A stretch of 64,000 nt of DNA from assembly GCA_965224245.1 (NCBI GenBank), contig CBDCYW010000010.1:1-64000 (forward strand), in the 5' to 3' direction. Positions 50,695 through 60,882 of this stretch are shown piece after piece (position 1 is the first letter of the stretch; each line of letters opens with the position of its first letter). Under the pieces are notes generated by a model. That model ran no database searches. It was not told the origin of the DNA and saw nothing but the letters and a program-made list of their open reading frames with translations. The DNA comes from Candidatus Eiseniibacteriota bacterium. Lineage in GTDB: Bacteria; Eisenbacteria; RBG-16-71-46; CAZAMP01. The translations under genes and the position numbers were made by a program.

Positions 50695-53076
50695 ATGAGG
50701 ACCTCGTCACCGCGTGCAGCACGCATTCGCGCATTGCAACTCGCGACCCCAGTCACCCTGATCGCGATGCTCGCTCATGCCGGCGATGACGGTCGATGGT
50801 CGGACGCCTTCATCGCCCCGGGGACCGACAACGGCATCGCGCGGTGCATGGTCCGGTACAACGGAGACCTGGTAGTCGGCGGATGGCACCTACAAGCCGA
50901 CATCGGTCCCGATCTGGTGCTGCGTTTTCGAGATGGCAACTGGGAGCGGATGGGGGAAGGGATCGGGTACTACTCCGGATATGTGACCCCACCGAGTGTC
51001 TTCGATCTCGAGATCTTCCAGGGCGATCTCTACGCCAGCGGCCGCCTCGACTCGGCGGGCGTGCATCCGTCCTTCGGCATCGCGCGCTGGGACGGTAGTC
51101 AGTGGTGGCCACTCCCCGGAGATGAGTTTCGAGCCATCTACGCCATGGAGGAGTTCGAGGACCAGCTCGTCGTGACGGGTGAGATGTATCAGGTCGACGG
51201 CCTCGCTGTCGAACGTGTGGCTCGCTGGTCGGGCACCGAGTGGTCTCCCATGGGATCGCTCCTGGACTACGGTGCCTCGGACCTCATCGTCTACCAGGGT
51301 GAGCTCTACGCGGCCGGCCACTTTTGCTCCGACGAGTGGTGCGAAGACTCCCAGATCCTGAAGAGATGGTCCGGGACCGCGTGGGACTCGGTGGCCGCGG
51401 GTGACGGATGGGTCACTCGCATGACGGAGTTTCAGGGCGAGCTCGTCCTTGCCGGTGACATCCACGAGGTCGAAGGAGCGCCCGCCCAGAACATCGTCGC
51501 CTGGAATGGAACCTCATGGCGCACGCTCGGTGGCGGGCTCTCGCGCTCCGATGGTGACCACCCGGACGCGATGATGGGTCTCGCCAAGTTTGCGGGCGAC
51601 CTCATCGTGTCCGGTGATTTCGATCTCGCCGGCGGCGTGCCGGTCAGTGGGATCGCGCGATGGGACGGAGCCCAATGGACGCCCATCGAGCCCGGGATCG
51701 AGTCGGAGTGGGATCGGGCGGACTTCCTGCTGGCCGAACCGGACACGCTGTACGTGGGAGGCTCCTTCGGGGCTATCGGCGGTGTTGGAGCGTGGAACGT
51801 GGCCCGCTGGGATGGTCAGACGTTTCGTCCCTGGCGCACCGGCGAGGCCGTGAGCGGCAGCGTGGAGGCCCTGACTGTGTGGGGCGGCCACGTCGTGGCC
51901 GGCGGCTGGTTCGACGGGGCCGGAAGCGTCCCGTCGGGTGCCGTGATGATGCTGGACGGGGAGTCCTGGCGCGCGTTCGGGCACGACCAGCTCGTCGCCG
52001 TTCATGACTTCGAGTATCACGAGGGCCAGCTCGTGGCCGCCCAGGGGACCGGGTTCTTCGGGGTGACTCAGCATGTGATGGTGTTCGACGGCGCGGACTG
52101 GGTCCCGCTCGGTGATGGTGAGGGTTTCGGCGACGGAGAACCGCTCGTCCTGCTGTCGCTCGATGGCGTGCTCTACGCGGGCGGGTACTTCCAGACGGTC
52201 GATGACGTTCCGTTGCCATACCTGGCCCGATGGATCGATGGGTCGTGGAGTGGGTTCGGGGCGCCGTCGGACCCCGTGTTCGCCTTCGCCGGTGACACCG
52301 CGAACCTCTACGTGGGTGGCGAGTTCACGAGCGTGGACGGGATCCCCGCGAACAACGTGGCCCGGTGGAACGGCTCGTCGTGGTCATCGATGGGAGCCGG
52401 GACTCCGGGGCCTGTCTTCGCGCTGGCTATGCACGACGGTGACCTCCTAGCCGGCGGACGTGGGACCGGTGTCGGGTTTCTCCTACGCTGGAACGGTCTG
52501 GCCTGGGTGGACGTGGGCGCCAGCCCGGATTGGCATGTCTGTGAGATGGTTCCGCTGGGAACCGACCTGTACGTGGGTGGGGGGTTCACGACCATCGGTG
52601 GGATCACGGCGAACCACATCGCCCGCTGGGATGGATCCGTCTGGAGCACGTTCGGCAGCGGACTCAATGGCGCGGCCTGTGCGCTTCTTCCGCGCGGCGA
52701 TCTCTACGTCGGTGGCAACTTCACCATGGCGGGTGGCAAGGTATCGCTGAGGTTCGCGCGCTGGGATGCGGACATCGTCGCCACGCCCGACGTTCCGGTG
52801 CGAGGCGGATTGCGTGTGGACGCCGCGAGTCCGATGCCCGTCGATGGGGGCATCGTCATCCGAAGCGATCCACCGGGTGTGGTCTCCATGGCGGTCTTCG
52901 ACGTGGCGGGCCGGCAGCTCGGCTCGACGACCGCGAACGCCCGGCCAGAGGGTACCATCGTTTCGCTACGCTCACTTCTCCCGGCGACGCGAGTCAGCGG
53001 CCCCTGCGTCATCTTCCTTCGGGCCGCATCATCGCTCGCGGAGGTCGTGACACGACTCGTGGTGTGGCCCGAGTGA
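50695..53076 (+). CDS. Secreted beta-propeller repeat protein with degenerate C-terminal sorting-like domain
   Basis: Many LYVGGxF...IARWDG..W repeats; VFDVAGRQL near the C terminus. Confidence 0.85.
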   Translation: MRTSSPRAARIRALQLATPVTLIAMLAHAGDDGRWSDAFIAPGTDNGIARCMVRYNGDLVVGGWHLQADIGPDLVLRFRDGNWERMGEGIGYYSGYVTPPSVFDLEIFQGDLYASGRLDSAGVHPSFGIARWDGSQWWPLPGDEFRAIYAMEEFEDQLVVTGEMYQVDGLAVERVARWSGTEWSPMGSLLDYGASDLIVYQGELYAAGHFCSDEWCEDSQILKRWSGTAWDSVAAGDGWVTRMTEFQGELVLAGDIHEVEGAPAQNIVAWNGTSWRTLGGGLSRSDGDHPDAMMGLAKFAGDLIVSGDFDLAGGVPVSGIARWDGAQWTPIEPGIESEWDRADFLLAEPDTLYVGGSFGAIGGVGAWNVARWDGQTFRPWRTGEAVSGSVEALTVWGGHVVAGGWFDGAGSVPSGAVMMLDGESWRAFGHDQLVAVHDFEYHEGQLVAAQGTGFFGVTQHVMVFDGADWVPLGDGEGFGDGEPLVLLSLDGVLYAGGYFQTVDDVPLPYLARWIDGSWSGFGAPSDPVFAFAGDTANLYVGGEFTSVDGIPANNVARWNGSSWSSMGAGTPGPVFALAMHDGDLLAGGRGTGVGFLLRWNGLAWVDVGASPDWHVCEMVPLGTDLYVGGGFTTIGGITANHIARWDGSVWSTFGSGLNGAACALLPRGDLYVGGNFTMAGGKVSLRFARWDADIVATPDVPVRGGLRVDAASPMPVDGGIVIRSDPPGVVSMAVFDVAGRQLGSTTANARPEGTIVSLRSLLPATRVSGPCVIFLRAASSLAEVVTRLVVWPE

Positions 53077-53097
53077 GTCACGTAAGTGACGGTAGGG

Positions 53098-53427
53098 CTA
53101 GCCGAGCGCACCTCGCTGTTCATCCCACCGAACCGACCGCAACGCCTTCCGAAGCCGCCGCTCCCCAACCACGACCGTCCCATCGAGCAGCGTCACCTGG
53201 ATGTCCGGCGCCAGCCCCAGCAGCGCCGTGATCTGCGACACCCTCGCCCTCGACACGCCGGCGACCCGGGCGACCTCGGCGTAGGACTCGACGCGCCCGT
53301 CTCGCACCATCTCGTCGAGCACGAGCGCCAGCGCCATGAGCCGGGCTGATCGGGGCACGGTGGGGACCTCGGGCTCAGGGGAAGGGGCAGGTTCGGGGCG
53401 AAACGTGGCGCGGATGGTCACGCTCAT
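53098..53427 (-). CDS. Small HTH protein coupled to serine recombinase
   Basis: RLMALA, SYAEVARVAGVSRARVSQI..L..LAPDIQ. Confidence 0.85.
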   Translation of the reverse strand: MSVTIRATFRPEPAPSPEPEVPTVPRSARLMALALVLDEMVRDGRVESYAEVARVAGVSRARVSQITALLGLAPDIQVTLLDGTVVVGERRLRKALRSVRWDEQRGALG

Positions 53428-54953
53428 GGGTGACCTCCGGGCAGAAGCGCGGCCGCTCCCTCACGAAACGTGATCGCCACCTCGCCCGACGCCCCGTCGT
53501 AGTCGACACGCTCGACGAGCAACCCCAACGCCTCGGCCTTCTCACGCGCCGTCAGCCGCGCCCATAGCGCGCCGAACTCCGACAGGGCGTCCGAGACGCC
53601 CGTGCGGTTGATCGTGCGGCCACGCACGGCTGTGAGCGTTTCCTGGGCCACACGGCGGCGACGTTCGGTGGTCTTGGCGCGTCGCGTAATCTCGGTGATG
53701 CGATCGTCGTCGCCATCCTCACGAGCGCGGTTGAGTTCTCCTCGGAGCTGCTTGATCTCGGCGTCGAATAGGCGGAGATCGTTGCCGAGCTCCTTGACGC
53801 GGGCCTTCGCCTGGGCCTTCGCCGAGGCGACGGTGGCGGCGATCAGCTTCGGATCGTTGCCGATGCCCCGGATCTGGTCGATGACGAACGCTTCGATCTC
53901 CCCGGCGGCGACCGGCGCGGTGGGGCAGACCTGGGCGCCCTCCTTCTGGCGACGGGTGCAGGCGTAGTACTTGTAGCGGCGAGAGCCCCTCGTCGTCGCC
54001 GTGCGCGTCATCGCGGCGTCGCACGCCGCGCAGCGGAGCACGCCCGCCAGCATCGCCGTGCGCTTCGTCTTCGGGGCCGAGCCGTTGGTGACGCGGTTCC
54101 CGCGAAGGCACGCCTGGGCTGCCTCGAATGTGTCAACGTCGACGATCGCCTCGTGCTCGGCCTCGACCACCTCGTCGCCGCAGCGGATGCGACCCACGTA
54201 GAGCACGTTCGTCAGGAGCTTCTGGAGGGTCGACTTACCGAAGGCCGTGTCGCCGTGAGTCTTGCCCGCGGCCGACGTCCACCGCTTCGTCGTCCAGCCC
54301 CGGCGGCGCGCCTCGGCGACGGTGGCCGACAGCGATCGCGTCTCCAGGTAGGCGCGGAAGATCATGCGGACCCGTTCCGCCTCGCCCTCGTTGACCACGA
54401 GCCGGCCACCACCTTCGGCCACGTCGTACCCGAGCACCGGCACGCCTCCGGTCCACTGGCCTCGACGCCGCGCTGCCCGCATCTTGTCCCGCGTCCGCTC
54501 CCGGATCATCTCTCGCTCGAACTCCGCGAAGCTCATCAGCATGTTCAGCGTCAGCCGGCCCATCGACGACGACGTGTCGAGCTGTTGAGTGACCGACACG
54601 AGGCCCACCTCGTGCTTCTCCAGCGTCTGCATGATCCGCGCGAAGTCCAGCAGCGAGCGGGAGAGTCGGTCGACCTTGTACACGACGATCCGGTCGATCA
54701 GGCCCGCCTCGACGTCGCGCAGCAGCCGCTGGAACGCTGGACGCTCGGTTGTGCCACCTGAGAAACCGCCGTCGTCGTAGCGATCGGGAAGTGGCACCCA
54801 CCCGAGACCAGCCTGTGACCGGACGAATGACTCAGCCGACTCGCGCTGGGCGTCGAGGGTGTTGAACGCCTGATCCAGGCCCTCGTCGGTCGACTTCCGG
54901 GTGTAGATGGCGCAGCGCACCTCGGCGGTTGACGTGGTCGACAGGACGGCCAT
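53424..54953 (-). CDS. Large serine recombinase
   Basis: CAIYTRKST, YDDGGFSGGTTERPA, DRLSRS; recombinase domain and Zn ribbon (CAAC..YYAC). Confidence 0.95.
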   Translation of the reverse strand: MAVLSTTSTAEVRCAIYTRKSTDEGLDQAFNTLDAQRESAESFVRSQAGLGWVPLPDRYDDGGFSGGTTERPAFQRLLRDVEAGLIDRIVVYKVDRLSRSLLDFARIMQTLEKHEVGLVSVTQQLDTSSSMGRLTLNMLMSFAEFEREMIRERTRDKMRAARRRGQWTGGVPVLGYDVAEGGGRLVVNEGEAERVRMIFRAYLETRSLSATVAEARRRGWTTKRWTSAAGKTHGDTAFGKSTLQKLLTNVLYVGRIRCGDEVVEAEHEAIVDVDTFEAAQACLRGNRVTNGSAPKTKRTAMLAGVLRCAACDAAMTRTATTRGSRRYKYYACTRRQKEGAQVCPTAPVAAGEIEAFVIDQIRGIGNDPKLIAATVASAKAQAKARVKELGNDLRLFDAEIKQLRGELNRAREDGDDDRITEITRRAKTTERRRRVAQETLTAVRGRTINRTGVSDALSEFGALWARLTAREKAEALGLLVERVDYDGASGEVAITFREGAAALLPGGHP

Positions 54954-54955
54954 CG

Positions 54956-55450
54956 TCAGTCCCTCGCTCCCTTGAGCCAGAACACCTTGCCGTTCCAGGT
55001 CACGCCCGTCGCGGCCCGCGCCGCCCCGCTGAGCGAGCGGTACACGTCGCCGTCGAACTCGAAGCCGCCGTGTTCGAGGACCCGGCACTCCAGGACGCGG
55101 CCGCGGTACTCCCGGCGGAGCACCGTGCCGGCGGGCGGGAGGTTGAGATGGCGCGATTGCAGGCGATTGCGGACGCGAGGCGACGTGCGGGCGCCGGCCT
55201 CGGTGGCAGACGGCGGTCGCGTGCGCAAGAAGGCGAAGTCGGCCAGCTCCCGTGCCCGGGCCATCACGGCCTCAGGGTGACCGCTGAACCCCTCGGCGTC
55301 GGCCTGGAGCTTCCAGGCGATCCGCTTCACCAGGTGGGGCTTCGAATGCGAGCGCGTCTCCTCGCCCCACACCTCCCGGTAGCGCCGCTGGAGCTCGCGG
55401 ACCGTCATGGCGCGCAGCTTGTCGATCTCCACTTCGGTGTCGGGGCTCAC
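54956..55450 (-). CDS. DUF2924-like protein
   Basis: KRIAWKLQA, GTVLRREYRG, YRSLSGAARAATG..WNG..FW. Confidence 0.85.
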   Translation of the reverse strand: MSPDTEVEIDKLRAMTVRELQRRYREVWGEETRSHSKPHLVKRIAWKLQADAEGFSGHPEAVMARARELADFAFLRTRPPSATEAGARTSPRVRNRLQSRHLNLPPAGTVLRREYRGRVLECRVLEHGGFEFDGDVYRSLSGAARAATGVTWNGKVFWLKGARD

Positions 55451-55917
55451 GCGTTCGCCTCGTTGGCCGTTGCGCTCGACCGCCTGGACAACGAGTCGAG
55501 GATCTTTCGTGGAAGGTGGCCTCGAAAGAGCGTCCACGTATCGGCTGGGAGACGCACTAGCTTGACGTAGCGCACCGAGGACCCGTCACGGTTTGTGTGA
55601 ACTCGATCGAAGCGCTCAAGCTGGAGGAAGCGCCGCGACACGATCCGCCAGCGGTTGTCCACCATCGAACTGTCGCGGACCGCAAGTCCGCTGCGTCCAT
55701 CGGAGTACTTGTGGACCACGACATGAAGCATAGCTGCGCCATTGGTGTCCCATTCGGGAAACACAATGGTGTGGGGCATCCCAAGTTCAAGTCGGCTCGG
55801 GTTACGAATCGGTTCGAGTTGATCGGGCTGCATGAGTCGTTCCTCGCTCTCTTTGGGTACCTCTGATACAGGCTGCCACGGAACAGCTTCAGCTGCAGGA
55901 GCTTGGTCTACGGTCAT
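55447..55917 (-). CDS. Hypothetical protein
   Basis: RBS GAGGAGG; overlaps neighbours on both sides. Confidence 0.55.
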   Translation of the reverse strand: MTVDQAPAAEAVPWQPVSEVPKESEERLMQPDQLEPIRNPSRLELGMPHTIVFPEWDTNGAAMLHVVVHKYSDGRSGLAVRDSSMVDNRWRIVSRRFLQLERFDRVHTNRDGSSVRYVKLVRLPADTWTLFRGHLPRKILDSLSRRSSATANEANA

Positions 55918-56092
55918 GGTCCTCCTCGCTCAGGGTGTCAACCGTGGGGTTATGGACGCTCGCGTGGGCGGGGACATCAAGTGGTTCCTCTCGCTCGGGA
56001 GTGGGAGTCGGCCTAACGGACAAGATGAGCCGGAGATAGCCACGGGCTAGGAGACAAGCCAACGCTCTGAACTGGTCGGGGGACTCCATCAT
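55889..56092 (-). CDS. Small hypothetical protein
   Basis: LACLLARGYLRL motif, of the kind seen upstream of DUF2924 genes. Confidence 0.55.
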   Translation of the reverse strand: MMESPDQFRALACLLARGYLRLILSVRPTPTPEREEPLDVPAHASVHNPTVDTLSEEDHDRRPSSCS

Positions 56093-56247
56093 GATGATCC
56101 CGCCTCTCTCTTTTCAGCGGACCCATGAAAGGCCCGTGCAAGGCAGCTCAGTCATGTGTTTAAGTACGCGAGACGATGCGGCTGTGACGGAGTGAGCTTT
56201 CGGGGCGGATCGGGCCCGCTGGGGACTGAACGACCACTGGGAGGTAA

Positions 56248-57075
56248 GGTGACCGACGCGAGCAATGAAAGGGGAACGGACACTGAGCACGTTCTCGAGG
56301 CCAGCAGGAACCTGTTGGCGTCAATGGATGAGCTTCAGAGGCCGTATCTGGAGTTCCGCCAGACTCCAGAATTCCGGGACTGTCAGACGCAATTGCTGGA
56401 GTCCTCGCGACGGGTTCAGCTGTTCGCAGAGTCGATTGCGGCACCAATCACGGAATTGCAGCAGACGGTCCCCCTGTTTTCGATTCCAGGGGGAGAGGTT
56501 CTCTCGGAGGCGTGTCGCGCATTTTCAGAGCACTATGCCCCATTGGCAAGTGTCGCGTCGGACCTATGTGGTGCGAAGAACGCGTTTGAGGCTCCTCTTA
56601 CCCGGGTCAACCCCCTCCGTTTGAAGCGGCTTCCCGATCCCGATGACTTGTTGCTTCGGTCATCCAGCCCCGTTCACCCTCCGCCCATCCTCCCGGTCCA
56701 GGCCGAAGAGGACCATCGCGTCTCCGATCCCACTCCCAATCGAACTGACGACGCCATCATCCGTGGGAACGAACACTTGCTCACCAACGAACGACTCCCC
56801 GGCCTGATCCTCACCGCTGATTTCCGGGCCGCGTGGTGGGGAACGATGGCATTCTCTTTCCACACCGGGACAGGCTGCAATCTTGCAAGAGATCTGGGAC
56901 CGAAGTCAGTACGGACCGTGCGATATCAGCATCCACGCGGCCACCGAGTTCTCCGGCTTCAGGAGCAAGAAGGTCCTCTCAGGTCTTTCGGCGATCAGCA
57001 GCCTGGAAGTCCTTGATTGGCCCCGGCATCCGTCGCGGCACTGTGCGGTTCTTTCCTCGGCGTACCGACGCCTAG
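56248..57075 (+). pseudogene. Hypothetical regulator-like protein, two apparent +1 frameshifts
   Basis: Joining frames gives FSFTPGQAAILQEIW...SKKVSQVFRRSAAWKSLI..GTVRF; start uncertain. Confidence 0.5.
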
Positions 57076-57280
57076 CCCCCTTCATCCCCGCCTGCCTCGG
57101 ATCCCATTGTAAAGAATTTGCAGCCAATCCCCTGTCACAACGACGTTTAGCGGCGTCACCGATATGTCACCCGAGTTAGTCCCAGCCGTGCCCCGTCTGT
57201 CTCCCTCGGCATCGGACATTGCCCCAAGCAGGGGGCGCGACCGCGCTTCCCATCAACAGTCGATGTCCGGAGGTGAGGTC

Positions 57281-57601
57281 ATGAGACGACGGAAGAGCGA
57301 GCTGAGTCCGCCACGTCAGAGGCTCGTCGAGCTGATGCAGCGGATCAACTTTGGCCGGATCGAGGCACTCGAACTGCGTGATGGAGAGCCCGTGCTCGAT
57401 CCCTCCGCTCACATCGTCCGGTCGATCCGACTGGGGATCGCGACGACGACGTCGCGGCCGGAGTCAGGACTGCGCGACTTCGTGCTCAAGGATCGGGTCG
57501 TCGACCTGTTCGATCGGATTGATGAGGTCCACACCGGGCAGGTAGACCGGATCGACATCCAGGAGGGCTTACCGGTCCAGATCCAGCTTCGCGGTCTGTA
57601 G
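57281..57601 (+). CDS. Conserved phage/ICE hypothetical protein
   Basis: RBS GGAGG; LVELMQRINFGRIE.L..RDGEP..GLP. Confidence 0.75.
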   Translation: MRRRKSELSPPRQRLVELMQRINFGRIEALELRDGEPVLDPSAHIVRSIRLGIATTTSRPESGLRDFVLKDRVVDLFDRIDEVHTGQVDRIDIQEGLPVQIQLRGL

Positions 57602-57733
57602 ACGCTTCAATAACCTACTCGACGACGAACCTACCGAATACCGGCGGTCGTGGTGAGCACCGACAGCTCCTACGACCGCCTTCCCCCCCCATGCCGTCGC
57701 CGCTCGCCATGCCCCCCGGCTTCAGGGGGAAAG

Positions 57734-58376
57734 ATGGCTGACTCAAATGCAAATCGCGCACCCGACTCCGAAGTTGCACGGATTGTTCGCCGGACGGCGC
57801 GGCGACTTCGCCAGACCCGAGACTTCCGTCACGAGGAACTCCAGGAGCTGGAGCAGGAACTGTGGCAGCGCTTCTATCAAGCCAACAGCCGATTCGATGG
57901 CAGCCGCGCCTCATGGTCTCGTTTCGCGCGCATGATCCTGCGCTGCGCGGCGGTGTCGATCCTTCGTCACGCCCGGGCCCACCGGCGGGGATCGGCGGAG
58001 TGTGCTCTGTAGCCTGGACGCGGAGATCGGGGATGACACGTGGGAGGGCACTCCCACATCGATGGAGGAATACCTGGTCTCCGCGGGACTGCTGGAGGGC
58101 GGAGACGGAAGCGAATGGGCAGATCTCTCAATCGATCTGGGTCGGGCACTGGCGGGCGCTCCATCAGAACTGCAAGAGCTGGCGAGACTTCTTCCAGATC
58201 ACACACTGGTCGAAGCCGCACGCATCTTGGGTGTCCCACGTACGACCCTTCACGATCGTCGTCGCCGATTGGGGGAGTTCCTCGATCGGCGGGGTGTTGG
58301 GCCATCGGCCGACGTTTCACGTCGCGATCGCGTACCTAACGTGAAGAGAGCTGATGGAGCCGAGGAGGAAGAATGA
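57734..58376 (+). pseudogene. ECF-sigma-like protein, frameshifted at G run 57987-57990
   Basis: ELEQELW..FDGSRASWSRF region-2-like; EAARILGVPRTTL HTH. One fewer G joins the two ORFs. Confidence 0.7.
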
Positions 58377-58723
58377 GCGTACCAGCGTATCTCTACCGAT
58401 TCGAGGACTGGGTGGAGCGTCAGCATGTCGACGACTCGCTGTCGCTGGCCATCTTGGCCGCCGAAGGGATCCACGGTGAGAGCCGCGTGAGACTAGCCGA
58501 GGTGCCGACCCTCGACTGGACGACCCGAACCTGTTGGGTCGACGCCACGACACCCGTGGGGCGGACCATTGCTCGAGTCCTGACTTGTCTCCTCTCGCGC
58601 GAGTTTGGTGATCAGGGGTTCTGTGTCGAACGGAGCGCGACGAGAGCGGAGTGCTCAAGTGGTGAGGGGATGGGTTTCGCCTGGAGGCGGTCCAGCCGTT
58701 CTCAGCGAGGCCAGAAGGGATGA
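58373..58723 (+). CDS. Hypothetical protein
   Basis: LAILAAEGIHGESRVRL...REFG; coupled in the operon. Confidence 0.7.
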   Translation: MSVPAYLYRFEDWVERQHVDDSLSLAILAAEGIHGESRVRLAEVPTLDWTTRTCWVDATTPVGRTIARVLTCLLSREFGDQGFCVERSATRAECSSGEGMGFAWRRSSRSQRGQKG

Positions 58724-58726
58724 CCG

Positions 58727-59478
58727 ATGATCGTACTACCGACTGAGAAGACTGCGCCAACATCGGACCTATCGGGGGGTCTCAGCACTGATCTTCGGCC
58801 CCGGGAAGATTGGAAAGTCGACCTTCTGCTCGAGAGCGGACGAAGCTGTCTTCCTCGCCACCGAACCCGGACTCAATGCCCTCGAGACCTACCAGGTGCC
58901 CGTGACGTCCTGGAGGGAGCTCCTGGCGGCGTGTTCCCTGTTGGCGGAGGGCAAACATCCGTTCAAGACCGTCATCATCGATACGATCGACAACGCGTAC
59001 CGCATGTGTTCGGTCCACATCTGCGAGAAGCACCAGGTCGAGCATGAGTCCGACCTCAGCTACGGCAAGGGGGTTCTCGCTCGTGAATGGGGAGTTCCAC
59101 CGAGTGCTGACGCGGATGGCGTTTCTTCCCTATGGGCTCTACCTGGTGTCGCACTCGCAAGAGAAGGAGATCGCGACACGGACCGGTCGCCACTCCCGGA
59201 TCATCCCGACCCTGCCGGAGAAGGCTCACCAGATCGTGATCGGACTCGTGGATCTGATCCTCTTCTGCGACGTAGAGACGGTTACGGCCCCCGATGGGCA
59301 GACCCATTACCGGCGGGTCATCCGGACCAGGCCGAGCGCTCGATATGACGCCGGCGACCGCACCGGCCGTCTCCCCGAGACTCTCTCACTCGACTATGAC
59401 GTATTTGCAGCGGCGTTCCACCGAGGGGCGGACCCCGCGAGCGTCGTGGTGGGAACTCATGACCAACTCACAGATTGA
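58727..59478 (+). pseudogene. AAA_24/Sak4-like ATPase, frameshifted at two G runs
   Basis: GPGKIGKST, VIIDTID, LVSH; one extra G at 58774-58779 and at 59069-59073. Confidence 0.8.
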
Positions 59479-59502
59479 CGCGGACCGAAAGGATGGATCG
59501 CC

Positions 59503-59937
59503 ATGACCCAGAGCAATGTCGGCCGGCCGGATCTCTCGCGCTTCGATGGAGCCTATGCCGCCGCACCCACCGGAGATGAGGACATTCCCGATGGCAAGTA
59601 CCTCGCGAGGATCGAGAACGTGGAGCTGACGACATCGCGGGAGAAGCAGACGCCCATGCTCAAGTGGACGTTGGTCATCACCGGGCCCCAGTTCGTCGGA
59701 TGCAAGCTCTGGCGATACAACCTGCTCGCAACCGACGAGAACGCCGCGTGGCTGAAGAAGGATCTCCATCGGTGTGATGTCGATCTGGAGAAGCTTTCCG
59801 ATCTGCCGGACCACCTCCATCGGCTCCTGGATGTTGTCGTGGAGGTAACCAAGCGCACGAGAGGGGAGTTCACGAACGTGTACATCAACCGCCGCGTGAG
59901 TGCCGGGGGCGAGGCTGATGCCGGGATGCCGTTCTGA
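59503..59937 (+). CDS. DUF669-like (phage SSB-like) protein
   Basis: IPDGKY.ARIE, PMLKWTL, NVYIN; MPF tail. Confidence 0.75.
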   Translation: MTQSNVGRPDLSRFDGAYAAAPTGDEDIPDGKYLARIENVELTTSREKQTPMLKWTLVITGPQFVGCKLWRYNLLATDENAAWLKKDLHRCDVDLEKLSDLPDHLHRLLDVVVEVTKRTRGEFTNVYINRRVSAGGEADAGMPF

Positions 59938-60385
59938 TCACGGTCCGGTGATCGTCATCGATACGCGTGAACAGAAACCGTATGCCTTCGACCCAGATCG
60001 AGCGCCCACGCTCACTCGGATGCTGCCGGCCGGGGACTACTCCCTGGCCGGACTCGAGGAGGACGTCGCGATCGAGCGAAAGTCCCTCGATGATCTGGTG
60101 AACACGGTGATCTGGGAGTGGGACCGGTTCGAGAAGGAGCTCCTGGTGCTCGGCACCTACGACGCCGCCTGCATCGTCGTCGAGGGTGATCTCACCGACA
60201 TCCGGCAGGGTCGCTACCGGTCGGCCGCCCACCCCAATGCGGTGCTCGGTCGACTGCTCGCGATCCAGCTGCGCCATCGCATCCCGGTGCTGTTCGGCTC
60301 GAACCGGGACGCGGCCAGGTGGCTCGTTGAGACCTACCTCCGGCGGTATCACCGCGAGCGTGTGGCCGTGGAGGGAAGACGATGA
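59918..60385 (+). CDS. ERCC4-domain nuclease
   Basis: IDTREQ, GDYS, IERKSLDDL, VVEG. Confidence 0.9.
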   Translation: MPGCRSDHGPVIVIDTREQKPYAFDPDRAPTLTRMLPAGDYSLAGLEEDVAIERKSLDDLVNTVIWEWDRFEKELLVLGTYDAACIVVEGDLTDIRQGRYRSAAHPNAVLGRLLAIQLRHRIPVLFGSNRDAARWLVETYLRRYHRERVAVEGRR

Positions 60386-60882
60386 CTGAGAGCACGTGCA
60401 CCCATGCCCTGATGTGTGCGGACCGTGGATGGCGGATCTTTCCGCTGGCGCCGGGCACGAAGATACCGGTTCCGGGATGCCACTGGCCAGAAGAGGCAAC
60501 GCGGGATCCGGTGGTGATCGCCCGGTGGTGGGAGACCTCCACCCACCCCAACTACGGGGTGGTCACCGGGCAGATCAGCGGTATCTTCGTCGTGGACATC
60601 GACCGCCATGGGCAGGACGACGCGGAGTCAGGGGTAGCGGATGGCCTGGTCAGTCTCGGCCTCTTGGAGGCCGAGCATGGTGAGGTCCCGCCGACCTTGA
60701 CGGTGCGCACGCCCAGCGGTGGAGTGCATCTCTACTTCCAGTATCCCGAGGGCGGCGTGGCGAACTCGGTCGGGAAGATCGGTCTCAGCATCGATGTCCG
60801 TGGCGACGGGGGTTATGTCGTCGGTCCAGGATCGGTCGTGGGCAGCGTTCCATACGCCATCATTGATCGGTGGCGTGGATGA
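60382..60882 (+). CDS. Bifunctional DNA primase/polymerase (Prim-Pol) N domain
   Basis: GWRIFPL..GTKIP, VVDID, TPSGGVHLYF, IDVRGDGGYVVGPGS; probably one gene with the next ORF. Confidence 0.88.
   Translation: MTESTCTHALMCADRGWRIFPLAPGTKIPVPGCHWPEEATRDPVVIARWWETSTHPNYGVVTGQISGIFVVDIDRHGQDDAESGVADGLVSLGLLEAEHGEVPPTLTVRTPSGGVHLYFQYPEGGVANSVGKIGLSIDVRGDGGYVVGPGSVVGSVPYAIIDRWRG

Noticed and set aside
57134-57205. GTCACC-like short repeats upstream of the replication operon
   Set aside because: Too short and irregularly spaced to support an operator call.
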